A stretch of 64,000 bases of DNA from Bacteroidota bacterium (GTDB lineage Bacteria; Bacteroidota; Bacteroidia; Flavobacteriales; Flavobacteriaceae). The notes below the pieces were generated by a model, which saw nothing but the letters and a program-made list of their open reading frames with translations, was not told where the DNA came from and did not search any database. The stretch's first letter is position 1; the number at the start of each line of letters is the position of its first letter. This document shows, in pieces, positions 49,688 through 58,929 of the stretch. The stretch lies in assembly GCA_046051865.1 (NCBI GenBank), contig JBJONL010000058.1:41916-105915 (forward strand), given 5' to 3'. A program made the translations under genes and the position numbers.

Positions 49688-50164
49688 TTGAAAAGGAGTT
49701 TAGTCATATTGTCTCTTGTACTGCTGCAGTCTTGTCAATACTTGGAGAAGAAAGTCCCCTCCGAATCAGATTTGCTAGCCAAAGAAATGAAAGACATCAA
49801 TTGGCAAGAAGTCGATGAATACCCCTCTGTTGCCGATTGCGAAAAACTAAAAGATGTATGGCAACGCAAACAATGCTTCTTTGACTATATGCAAGTTACC
49901 ATGGAACAAAAGCTAGCGGTAGATACGCTAGCCACCTTATTCCCAAAATTAGACACCATCGAAGTCAAAGTGACCGTGTTTCCCAATGCTAAGTTGACCT
50001 TCGAACCCCAGTTCCCAAAAGACTCAGTAGCCTACGATACCATCAAAATAGATAGCATTCTACACGCACGCCTAATAGATTTTCCCAAAGTCAACCCAGC
50101 CATCAAAAGAGGCATCCCCGTGAAAACCCAATTTGTGCTTCCCGTAATCATTAAGTCGGAATAA
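49688..50164 (+). CDS. Hypothetical lipoprotein with a TonB-C-like C-terminus
   Basis: Lipobox LQSC, VDEYP..C...CF, PAIKRGIPVKTQFVLPV. Confidence 0.75.
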   Translation: MKRSLVILSLVLLQSCQYLEKKVPSESDLLAKEMKDINWQEVDEYPSVADCEKLKDVWQRKQCFFDYMQVTMEQKLAVDTLATLFPKLDTIEVKVTVFPNAKLTFEPQFPKDSVAYDTIKIDSILHARLIDFPKVNPAIKRGIPVKTQFVLPVIIKSE

Positions 50165-50180
50165 AAATAGAGAAGAGCCC

Positions 50181-51314
50181 TTATTTTTTATAAGCACTCC
50201 CTTTCCAAGTATAGGGGCCTACCAAGGAATAGAGGCCAACCAAACTAGAAAACAAAGGATAAATCAAACTGCTAGCCAAAGGCAACAGCCATTTCCCATC
50301 ACGCAAGTACGTATTAGTTTTATAAAGCAAAAGATAATCCACTGTGTATTTTATAACAAACATCCCAAGCAGTAAAGTCCAGTCTAAGGTGCCTAGTAGT
50401 GCCATCCCAAAACCGACCACCAAACTACCATTCATAAGCAATACCGAAACAGCCAAGGCTTGGGCATAGGTACTCTGGTAACCAGTCGTTTTACTGGCCC
50501 AACGCACCCGCTGCATGAATAGTTTATACAAGTCATTCTCAGGCTTCGTCTTGACAATAGCCGCTTTGTTTTTTAGATAATGTACGTTCCTAGGAGCATG
50601 AGCCACCGCCTTCTGCAACAGGAAAACATCATCGCCACTAGCAATGGTGTCATTTCCTGCAAACCCGTCTACAGTGCGAAAAAGCGTTTTTGTATAGGCA
50701 AAATTAGCACCGTTACACATAAAAGGCTTGCCCATCCCAAAACTACCCATAGTGACCCCTTGCAAACTCATCAAATCCAATTGCTGAAACTGATGAAACC
50801 AGTTGTTTTTCGTAGCATATACTACGGCGCCAACAATCATCTGAGGCTCCTTTGCTTGTATAAAGTTATCGAGGGTCAGGAGCCAATTTTTAGGCACCCT
50901 GCAATCCGCATCAGTAGTCACTATCCATTCGTGCTTAGCAATCGGCATCGCCCTAGCAATGGCATCCTTCTTTGGAGAAGCAGTCAACCGCAAGTTGTCC
51001 AATAATGTAGTGTCAATCCCATCATGCTGAATCCGCCACTGTATGCAAATCCGCTCCGATACATCCGTAGAAAAATCATCCACCATAATGATCTCAATCA
51101 ATTCCTGAGGATAATCTATGTTGGAAAAAGATTGCAACAACCTAGGCAAGTTTTTAGCCTCATTACGAAAGGGAACTACAATCGTAAAAGCCGTTTGGGG
51201 CTTCATACTAGTGCGCTCAAAAGCCTCCACTTTAGTAGTACCCCAAAGCAGGTGCAAAATAAAAACACTATAAACAACCAACAGTAGTAGAAAAACGAGC
51301 GGAATCAGTTCCAT
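50181..51314 (-). CDS. Glycosyltransferase family 2, membrane-bound
   Basis: VPFRNE, VDDFSTD, TTDADC, SGDD, QRVRW. Confidence 0.9.
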   Translation of the reverse strand: MELIPLVFLLLLVVYSVFILHLLWGTTKVEAFERTSMKPQTAFTIVVPFRNEAKNLPRLLQSFSNIDYPQELIEIIMVDDFSTDVSERICIQWRIQHDGIDTTLLDNLRLTASPKKDAIARAMPIAKHEWIVTTDADCRVPKNWLLTLDNFIQAKEPQMIVGAVVYATKNNWFHQFQQLDLMSLQGVTMGSFGMGKPFMCNGANFAYTKTLFRTVDGFAGNDTIASGDDVFLLQKAVAHAPRNVHYLKNKAAIVKTKPENDLYKLFMQRVRWASKTTGYQSTYAQALAVSVLLMNGSLVVGFGMALLGTLDWTLLLGMFVIKYTVDYLLLYKTNTYLRDGKWLLPLASSLIYPLFSSLVGLYSLVGPYTWKGSAYKK

Positions 51315-52228
51315 TTAGGTTTAAATTTTAAGACAAAATAACTGCCAAGTACCACCGGCAGCACTACATTCAAAAACCACATAAGGGTAGATATAAACAC
51401 CACAATCCATTCGTTGACACCCAATTTCCCAAAGAAAAAAACCGCCATACTGCCCTTAACCGCAAAGTCCAAAAACTGAAAACTAGGTAAAGAGGAAGCC
51501 AAAAAGTAAACCGCAGCGATACTAGCCATCATAGTTACATATGGTAAATCTACATCAAATGCCAGAAATAAAAAATAGTACTGATGCGAAAAAACCAAAT
51601 AACGCAGTACGCCATACAAGATGTTTTTATGATGGATAGGCTTAGGAATCTCATTTATTTTGCGAACCAACTTCTCAATAGAATAGCCTCTAACAGTAAT
51701 GCGCTTAGAAACAAAAGAGGCAAGGAGCAAACTAAGCATTACACCCAGTATAGCCAACCCCCACTGCCAATACCCTAAAATAATTAACCCCGCGGTTCCA
51801 AATACAACGGTAAGTAACATCTGTATCCCATTACAAATAAGATTCAAAAAAATGACTTTCTTAGTGTTCAGTTTCTCAAAATACAAAGCCTTCCCAGCAT
51901 ACTCTCCCACACCATTCGGAGTAAATATCCCAGCAGTCAATGCCCCCAATACCTGCTTAGCCGATTCGCCCACAGTAATAGGCTGTAAAAAGGAAACCAA
52001 GTTCTGCCATTTCAAAATCTCCAAATACCGATTCGCCACACTAAATGAAAGCAAAAACAAGATACCCCCAACCGATTGCTTTTCGTTCACTAAAGCCACA
52101 AATTTAGTCCAGTCCAATCGGTCGTCATCCAACAGTTGATGGTAAATGAAATAAAAGGCGCCACTTACAATCAAAAGTTTGATGATAAAAACAGCGAATT
52201 GCTTAGCTTTGTGAGGAATTGTAATCAT
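51305..52228 (-). CDS. Lysylphosphatidylglycerol-synthase TM / flippase-like membrane protein
   Basis: Multi-TM, EILKWQ, FTPNGVGEYAG; overlaps the GT2 start. Confidence 0.7.
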   Translation of the reverse strand: MITIPHKAKQFAVFIIKLLIVSGAFYFIYHQLLDDDRLDWTKFVALVNEKQSVGGILFLLSFSVANRYLEILKWQNLVSFLQPITVGESAKQVLGALTAGIFTPNGVGEYAGKALYFEKLNTKKVIFLNLICNGIQMLLTVVFGTAGLIILGYWQWGLAILGVMLSLLLASFVSKRITVRGYSIEKLVRKINEIPKPIHHKNILYGVLRYLVFSHQYYFLFLAFDVDLPYVTMMASIAAVYFLASSLPSFQFLDFAVKGSMAVFFFGKLGVNEWIVVFISTLMWFLNVVLPVVLGSYFVLKFKPKWN

Positions 52229-52285
52229 TAGTGCAAAGAAAGTAAATCTTTGAACGATTATCCGGAATACATAAACAAAAATCCA

Positions 52286-52840
52286 TTGGCCAACGAACGC
52301 ATCATATTAGGAATCGACCCCGGAACCACCATCATGGGGTTCGGATTAATCAAGGTGGTTAATAAGAAAATGGAATTCCTGCAGTTAAACGAATTAATTC
52401 TAAGCAAGTACGATGACCATTACACCAAGTTGAAAGTGATCTTCGAACGAACGATCGAACTCATAGAAACACACCACCCTGATGAAATCGCTATTGAAGC
52501 ACCCTTCTTCGGGAAAAACGTGCAGTCCATGTTAAAGCTGGGTAGAGCACAAGGAGTAGCAATGGCAGCAGGTTTGTCCCGCCAAATTCCCATTACAGAA
52601 TACGAACCCAAGAAAATCAAAATGGCCATCACCGGCAACGGTAATGCCAGCAAAGAACAAGTAGCCAAAATGCTCCAACAACTCCTTGGCCTAAAAGAAC
52701 TCCCCAAAAACCTAGACTCCACCGACGGTCTAGCCGCAGCAGTCTGCCACTTTTTCAATTCTGGTAAAGTAGTAGGAAGCAAAAGCTACACCGGTTGGGA
52801 TGCTTTTGTCAAACAAAATGAAGAACGAGTTAAAAAATAA
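52286..52840 (+). CDS. ruvC: Crossover junction endodeoxyribonuclease RuvC
   Basis: ILGIDPG, AIE, ITGNGNASKEQV, DSTDGLA; TTG start at 52286 inferred. Confidence 0.95.
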   Translation: MANERIILGIDPGTTIMGFGLIKVVNKKMEFLQLNELILSKYDDHYTKLKVIFERTIELIETHHPDEIAIEAPFFGKNVQSMLKLGRAQGVAMAAGLSRQIPITEYEPKKIKMAITGNGNASKEQVAKMLQQLLGLKELPKNLDSTDGLAAAVCHFFNSGKVVGSKSYTGWDAFVKQNEERVKK

Positions 52841-52895
52841 GCGGTTCAGTGCTGTGCAAAACACCGAGCACTGCGACTGCGACTGAAAACTAAAA

Positions 52896-54029
52896 ATGAG
52901 CGGCATCTACATCCATATACCTTTCTGCAAACAAGCCTGTCACTACTGTGACTTTCATTTCTCAACCTCCCTCAAGAAGAAAGAAGAAATGGTGTTGGCA
53001 CTAGTCAAAGAATTAGGCCTACGCAAAGACGAGTGCAAGGAAGAAATGGTAGAGACCCTCTATTTTGGAGGGGGCACCCCAAGTTTACTAGAAGTGGCAC
53101 ACCTCAAGCTGCTAATAGAAACGGTGTACGCCAATTATAAAGTACTACCCAATCACGAAATAACCCTAGAAGCCAACCCCGATGACATCACAGAGCAACG
53201 CCTAGTAGAGTGGTCCGCATTAGGTGTCAACCGCTTAAGCATCGGCATACAATCCTTCTTTGAAGACGATCTAAAAGTAATGAACCGAGCCCATAAGGCA
53301 GAGGAAGCAAAACGGTGTTTACAGTTGGCAACACACTATTTTGACAACATTACCATCGATCTAATATATGGGATGCCCAACATGAGTAAAGAACGTTGGC
53401 TTCAAAACATAGAAACGGCCTTGTCCTTTAAGATTCCACACATCTCAAGTTATGCACTTACCGTCGAACCCAAAACGGCCCTCCATAATTTCATTCAAAA
53501 AGGTATCATCCCACCCCTAGACGAAGACCTAGCACAAGAACACTTCATGCTATTAGTGGATACCCTAGAAGAAAACGGATTCATCCATTACGAATTATCC
53601 AACTTCGGTAAAGAAAACTACTTTTCCAAAAACAACTCCAGCTATTGGCTAGGTAAAAAATACCTAGGCATCGGCCCATCCGCTCACAGCTATGATGGTC
53701 ATAATAGAAGTTGGAACGTGTCCAACAATACTATTTACTTAAAAGCCCTGCAAGAAAACTACCTACCCCTAGAAACGGAGACGTTAACGCTAACTGACCG
53801 CTATAACGAATACATCATGACCGGATTGCGAACCATGTGGGGCGTCTCTCTTGATCGAATAGAGAAGGATTTTGGTAAGTCCTATTTAGAGTATGTAAAC
53901 AAGCAAGCCGCAAAACACATTAAAGACCAACTATTATTTATCGATAATAACGTGCTACGTACCACCAAAAAAGGAAAGTTCTTAGGGGATGGTATTGCCA
54001 GTGATTTGTTTTTGCTAAATTTGGAATAA
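52896..54029 (+). CDS. hemW: Radical SAM heme chaperone HemW
   Basis: YIHIPFCKQACHYCDF, GGGTPS, YELSNF. Confidence 0.92.
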   Translation: MSGIYIHIPFCKQACHYCDFHFSTSLKKKEEMVLALVKELGLRKDECKEEMVETLYFGGGTPSLLEVAHLKLLIETVYANYKVLPNHEITLEANPDDITEQRLVEWSALGVNRLSIGIQSFFEDDLKVMNRAHKAEEAKRCLQLATHYFDNITIDLIYGMPNMSKERWLQNIETALSFKIPHISSYALTVEPKTALHNFIQKGIIPPLDEDLAQEHFMLLVDTLEENGFIHYELSNFGKENYFSKNNSSYWLGKKYLGIGPSAHSYDGHNRSWNVSNNTIYLKALQENYLPLETETLTLTDRYNEYIMTGLRTMWGVSLDRIEKDFGKSYLEYVNKQAAKHIKDQLLFIDNNVLRTTKKGKFLGDGIASDLFLLNLE

Positions 54030-54781
54030 TGAAAGCACTAATCAATAATACGTTTGAAATCGACTTGTCAAAACCCATTGATATCTCGATTCCCTTATCC
54101 AATACCGAGGACAATCCAATCGCTTGGTATATAGATAAACCTACCATCGAACCCGTTACTTTGGGAGATTGGGTAGGTAAAGTGGCCGCAGGAAGCTCAA
54201 CCAATTTTAATAACATCTTCTTCAACCCCCACGGACACGGTACGCACACCGAATGCCTTGGGCATATTACCCGCGAGTTCTATAGCATCAATCAATGCTT
54301 AAAACAGTTTTTCTTCCTATCCGAATTGATTTCCATAAAACCAGTTACAGTTGAAGATGATTTAGTAATTACCAAAGATCAAATAGTAGAGGCATTAAAC
54401 GTTAGTAACCCCGAAGCGCTTGTCATCAGAACCCTGCCCAACGGACTAGATAAAAAGCATAAGAACTATTCTCATACCAATCCGGCTTACTTAGAAGAAG
54501 CCGCTGCACTTTATATTCGCGAAAAGGGAATCAAGCACCTATTTATTGATTTACCCAGCTTAGATAGGGAAGAAGATGGTGGAAGGTTAGCTGCCCACAA
54601 AGCCTTTTGGAATGTCACAGATACCAACAACCTCAATCCTGAGGCAAGAGTAGACTGCACCATCACCGAAATGATCTATGTAAACGATGCCATTCAAGAC
54701 GGAAGTTATATGCTTAACTTACAAATAGCCTCATTCGAAAATGATGCCTCTCCCAGTAAACCTGTATTGTATGCGCTATGA
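54029..54781 (+). CDS. Cyclase family protein (kynurenine formamidase-like)
   Basis: HGHGTHTECLGH, IDLPSLD, ITE, DASPS. Confidence 0.85.
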   Translation: MKALINNTFEIDLSKPIDISIPLSNTEDNPIAWYIDKPTIEPVTLGDWVGKVAAGSSTNFNNIFFNPHGHGTHTECLGHITREFYSINQCLKQFFFLSELISIKPVTVEDDLVITKDQIVEALNVSNPEALVIRTLPNGLDKKHKNYSHTNPAYLEEAAALYIREKGIKHLFIDLPSLDREEDGGRLAAHKAFWNVTDTNNLNPEARVDCTITEMIYVNDAIQDGSYMLNLQIASFENDASPSKPVLYAL

Positions 54782-55188
54782 TCACAATTTCAACCGATAA
54801 AAGAAAGCTAGACGTTCCCTTCATCCAAAACTTTCTAAAGGATATCTACTGGGCTGCTGGTAGAACTATCGAAGAAGTACAAGTAACCATAGACGCCTCA
54901 GTCTGCTTCGGAATTTACCTAGACAACCAACAAATAGGTTTCGCCAGAGTCATCACCGATTATGTCGTTTTCGCCTATCTAATGGACGTCTTTATTGATG
55001 AAAAACATCGAGGCCAGGGGTACTCCTCTCTTTTAATCAACGCCATGATGAAAGACCCCCAACTCCAACAAGTGAAAATATGGCGGTTAGCCACCTCCGA
55101 TGCTCATTTTTTATATGAAAAATTCGGATTTACCCCATTGGCTCATCCTGAAAAAATGATGGAAAAAATAAGTAAAATAGAACCATGA
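54778..55188 (+). CDS. GNAT N-acetyltransferase
   Basis: GFARVITD, DVFI...HRGQG, LYEKFGF. Confidence 0.92.
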   Translation: MITISTDKRKLDVPFIQNFLKDIYWAAGRTIEEVQVTIDASVCFGIYLDNQQIGFARVITDYVVFAYLMDVFIDEKHRGQGYSSLLINAMMKDPQLQQVKIWRLATSDAHFLYEKFGFTPLAHPEKMMEKISKIEP

Positions 55189-55556
55189 ATATCCAGCAAT
55201 TATACGAGTTCTGTCTGTCCAAAAAAGCCGTAACAGAACATTTCCCTTTCGATGAAGACACCCTAGTGTTTAAAATTGGTGGTAAAATGTTTTGCCTTAC
55301 CTCGCTAAAAGAATGGGAAAACGGCAACCCTGCCCTAAACCTCAAAGGAGATCCCGAAAGAAACGAAGAACTAAGAGCCGAGTACGAAGCCATCAACCCC
55401 GGGTTCCACATGAGCAAAACGCATTGGAATACCGTACATTTCAACAACGATGTCCCCGATAAAATGATTTGCAGCCTAATCAATGATTCCTATGATTTGG
55501 TTTTCAAAAGTTTGACTAAAAAAATTCAAAAGGAAATTCTAGAAAGTGAGAATTAG
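55185..55556 (+). CDS. MmcQ/YjbR family DNA-binding protein
   Basis: FPFDEDTLVFKIGGKMF, PGFHMSKTHW. Confidence 0.92.
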   Translation: MNIQQLYEFCLSKKAVTEHFPFDEDTLVFKIGGKMFCLTSLKEWENGNPALNLKGDPERNEELRAEYEAINPGFHMSKTHWNTVHFNNDVPDKMICSLINDSYDLVFKSLTKKIQKEILESEN

Positions 55557-55601
55557 GCATTACTTTTGCAGAAAATTTTCAGGACACATAAATAACAAAG
55601 C

Positions 55602-56300
55602 ATGTTAGATAATTTAAAGAAAATATTAAACGAAGACCAAGATCCTAAAGCCATTGAGAAAATCACTTCAAAGTTGGATAATCTATTGATGACCAACGAG
55701 GAAATAGGTTATATAGCTGTTCAAAAAAAACCAGCAGTAACAATATTCCCCGATAGTATCGTGGTAACCAATAAAAGAATTATCCTTTGCAAACCTAAAA
55801 ACTTAGGGTTGTCAATGGAATTCATGGATTATGATTGGGATGATATCGCCGCTAGCTTTGTTAAAGAAGGGATACTAGGCGCCGATTTCACCTTCACAAC
55901 TAAATCAGAACTAACGCATACCGTAGATTATTTACCCAAAAATCAAGCGCGTAAACTATACACCTTCGCGAAAGAACAATTAGACTTGTTGAAAAACCCT
56001 TCAGCTGCTCCAGCAAATCCAGAAGAAGTAAAACCAGTACTGAAAGTCCCAGTTGCAGAAGAAGTAGAAGAAATAGCCGTAGAGGAAGTAACAAATTTTG
56101 CTGAAATTATACCGGCAACTCAAGCCTATACTCCATACGAGGAACCAGTAACAACTGCTTCTGCCGAGCGTAAGCTTAGTGAATTGTCTCAAGATGAATT
56201 ATTTGAAAAACTTCAGAACTACAAAAAACTTTTAGACAACGGTTTAATTCTTCAAGGAGAATATGATACCTTAAAAAAAGAAATACTAAGTTACATGTAA
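55602..56300 (+). CDS. Bacterial PH-domain protein with a C-terminal SHOCT-like helix
   Basis: VVTNKRII PH motif; KKLLDNGLI..GEYD.LKKEIL. Confidence 0.78.
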   Translation: MLDNLKKILNEDQDPKAIEKITSKLDNLLMTNEEIGYIAVQKKPAVTIFPDSIVVTNKRIILCKPKNLGLSMEFMDYDWDDIAASFVKEGILGADFTFTTKSELTHTVDYLPKNQARKLYTFAKEQLDLLKNPSAAPANPEEVKPVLKVPVAEEVEEIAVEEVTNFAEIIPATQAYTPYEEPVTTASAERKLSELSQDELFEKLQNYKKLLDNGLILQGEYDTLKKEILSYM

Positions 56301-56371
56301 TTCTTTTTATGCAAAAAGCAAGCCCTTTTGTTTGAGGACAAAAGGGCTTGCTTATATTTTATAACCTAGTT

Positions 56372-57760
56372 TTATTTACTTAACTCTACAAAATACTTAT
56401 AGAAAAGCGGAATAGTTTCAATTCCTTTTAAGTAATTAAATACACCAAAATGCTCGTTAGGAGAGTGGATAGCATCACTGTCTAAACCAAACCCCATCAT
56501 TATAGTTTTTGATTTTAATTCCTTCTCAAACAAAGCTACAATAGGAATGCTTCCACCTGAGCGAACTGGTATGGCAGTTACACCAAAAGTCTCACTATAG
56601 GCTTTGGAAGCCGCTTGATAACCGATGCTGTCAATTGGGGTTACATAACCTTGTCCACCATGGTGTGGTGTCACTTTAACTTTTACTGCTTTAGGAGCAA
56701 TGCTTTCAAAATGTTTGGTAAATAGGGATGTAATTTCTTCCCAATCTTGATTAGGTACCAGGCGCATAGATATTTTAGCATAAGCTTTGCTTGCGATGAC
56801 TGTTTTAGCCCCTTCACCAGTGTAACCTCCCCAAATGCCATTGACATCTAAGGTAGGGCGAATTGAGTTTCGTTCATTGGTTACATAACCGGTTTCACCA
56901 TATACTTCCTCAATATCCAAGGCTTTTTTATAATGTTCTAAGGAAAAGGGCGCTTTAGCCATTTCTTTTCTTTCGTCGGCCGTTAGCTCTTCAACTTTGT
57001 CATAAAATCCTGGAATAGTTATATGATTATTTTCATCATGAAGTGAAGCAATCATTTTAGTCAATACATTGATGGGGTTTGCTACAGCGCCTCCATATAA
57101 TCCCGAATGAAGATCTCTATTTGGGCCAGTGACTTCCACTTCCACATAACTCAACCCTCTTAGCCCTGTCGTGATTGACGGCTGTTGGTTAGAAATCATT
57201 CCTGTGTCTGAGATTAAAATAACATCATTAGCCAATTTTTCTTGGTTTCTCTCTACAAACCAACCTAAACTTTTAGAGCCAACTTCTTCTTCGCCTTCTA
57301 TCATGAATTTAACATTACAAGGCAAACAATTGTTTTGGATCATGTATTCAAATGCCTTTACATGCATATACATTTGTCCTTTATCATCACAAGCTCCACG
57401 AGCAAATATTGCGCCTTCAGGATGAATATCTGTCGTTTTAATAACGGGTTCAAAAGGAGGCGAAGTCCATAATTCGATCGGGTCTGGTGGTTGTACATCA
57501 TAGTGACCATAAACCAAAACGGTCGGCAAGTTTTTGTCTATAATCTTCTCTCCATATACAATCGGATATCCTGGAGTTTCACATATTTCAACCAAGTCAC
57601 AACCTGCTTTTTCCAAACTTGCTTTCACAGCATTTGCAGTGTCTATTACATCTTGTGCATAAGCACTATCAGCACTTACGGATGGTATTTTTAATAATTC
57701 TATTAGTTCCGTAATGAAACGTTCTTTGTTTTGTTGAACGTAGTTTTTAATATTGTCCAT
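56372..57760 (-). CDS. M20 family dipeptidase
   Basis: YGHYDVQP, ARGACDDKGQ, EGEEE, HSPNE. Confidence 0.93.
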   Translation of the reverse strand: MDNIKNYVQQNKERFITELIELLKIPSVSADSAYAQDVIDTANAVKASLEKAGCDLVEICETPGYPIVYGEKIIDKNLPTVLVYGHYDVQPPDPIELWTSPPFEPVIKTTDIHPEGAIFARGACDDKGQMYMHVKAFEYMIQNNCLPCNVKFMIEGEEEVGSKSLGWFVERNQEKLANDVILISDTGMISNQQPSITTGLRGLSYVEVEVTGPNRDLHSGLYGGAVANPINVLTKMIASLHDENNHITIPGFYDKVEELTADERKEMAKAPFSLEHYKKALDIEEVYGETGYVTNERNSIRPTLDVNGIWGGYTGEGAKTVIASKAYAKISMRLVPNQDWEEITSLFTKHFESIAPKAVKVKVTPHHGGQGYVTPIDSIGYQAASKAYSETFGVTAIPVRSGGSIPIVALFEKELKSKTIMMGFGLDSDAIHSPNEHFGVFNYLKGIETIPLFYKYFVELSK

Positions 57761-57898
57761 GTGTTTGTTAAATGATTAAGTCAAATATACAAATAGAAAT
57801 ATCAATTTAATACTTACCTAAACCCAAAATTTTTAGAAAATAAAAGATGTTGGGATTTGGTATTTGAAAAATATGGCTATATTTGCATTCACAATTTT

Positions 57899-57980
57899 GC
57901 GGGTATGGCGAAATTGGTAGACGTGCCAGACTTAGGATCTGGTGCCGCAAGGCGTGTAGGTTCGAGTCCTATTACCCGCA
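57899..57980 (+). tRNA. tRNA-Leu(TAG)
   Basis: GCGGGTA...TACCCGC-A, anticodon loop CTTAGGA, long variable arm, GGTTCGAGTCC. Confidence 0.96.
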
Positions 57981-58130
57981 CTAAAAAGCTCTAACTACTT
58001 GTTGGAGCTTTTTTATTTTTAACAATTTGGTTAATAAAATGTTTAAAGATTATTTAGTAAATCATTCTCAACCAGATGAAATGCTGTTAATTTTACAATA
58101 TTAATTCATAATTTGAATTTATTTTTCTAA

Positions 58131-58895
58131 ATGAAAGGAAATAAGCTTATGATGACTGCGTTATTAGCAATTTTTGGATTTGTTTTATTGGCATTGTCTG
58201 TTTATTTGCTAACCAAAAACAGCTCCACTACACTTTCTGCGGACAAGCAGAAGCAATTAGATGATGCTATTAAGCAGATTGAAGTTTTGCATGCAGAAAT
58301 AACTGAAAAGGACAGAATAGTATCTGAAAACGAGCAGAAACTAAAAAGTTTGAAGTCAGAGTCCATGAGCCATTATACAGGTCAAAATATGCCTATAATT
58401 GAAATTATGGACAATGATTTAAGTGAGGGGCATGGACATGAAGAAGGTTCTAGGAGAGTACATAGATTAATGTATCATCATCAAGTACGTTTCTATTTAT
58501 TAAATGCAGGTAAGAACTCCTTGAAAGATGTAATATTTTCAATTAAAGACGATTATAACCGTAATAAAGATAAAAAGAAAAAGTTGGGCTCTTCTCCTAA
58601 TGTAGATTATTCAGGTAAAAAATTAGATAGTGATGAACTAGGTACTTATGAAAATATTGAAGTAAATACGTTAAATTTAAAATCTAAGAAATTAATCTAT
58701 ACCAGTAATCTTCCCGGAAGTTTTGGTACTGGTGATTATGAGTACCACCTTATCATAGAATGGAGCCAAGGGTTTTATCAAATGTTGGTTAAGATTAATG
58801 AGCTAAACGGCACCCTAAATTACACCTATGAATTCTTTGATATGGATGGTAAACCAATCGACTTCAAGAATCCAGAAAGTAGTGTAAGTAATTAA
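58131..58895 (+). CDS. Hypothetical membrane-anchored protein with a coiled coil
   Basis: N-terminal TM, heptad-like region, His-rich stretch, beta-rich C-terminus; 254-aa ORF with a terminator. Confidence 0.7.
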   Translation: MKGNKLMMTALLAIFGFVLLALSVYLLTKNSSTTLSADKQKQLDDAIKQIEVLHAEITEKDRIVSENEQKLKSLKSESMSHYTGQNMPIIEIMDNDLSEGHGHEEGSRRVHRLMYHHQVRFYLLNAGKNSLKDVIFSIKDDYNRNKDKKKKLGSSPNVDYSGKKLDSDELGTYENIEVNTLNLKSKKLIYTSNLPGSFGTGDYEYHLIIEWSQGFYQMLVKINELNGTLNYTYEFFDMDGKPIDFKNPESSVSN

Positions 58896-58929
58896 AAAAG
58901 CCTCTCAATATGAGAGGCTTTTTCTTTTA

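Noticed and set aside
52250-52840. RuvC as a Cas/TnpB-type nuclease
   Set aside because: Short canonical Holliday-junction resolvase in the usual ruvC-hemW context
57899-58929. Integrative element at tRNA-Leu
   Set aside because: No integrase and no duplicated tRNA 3' end found downstream
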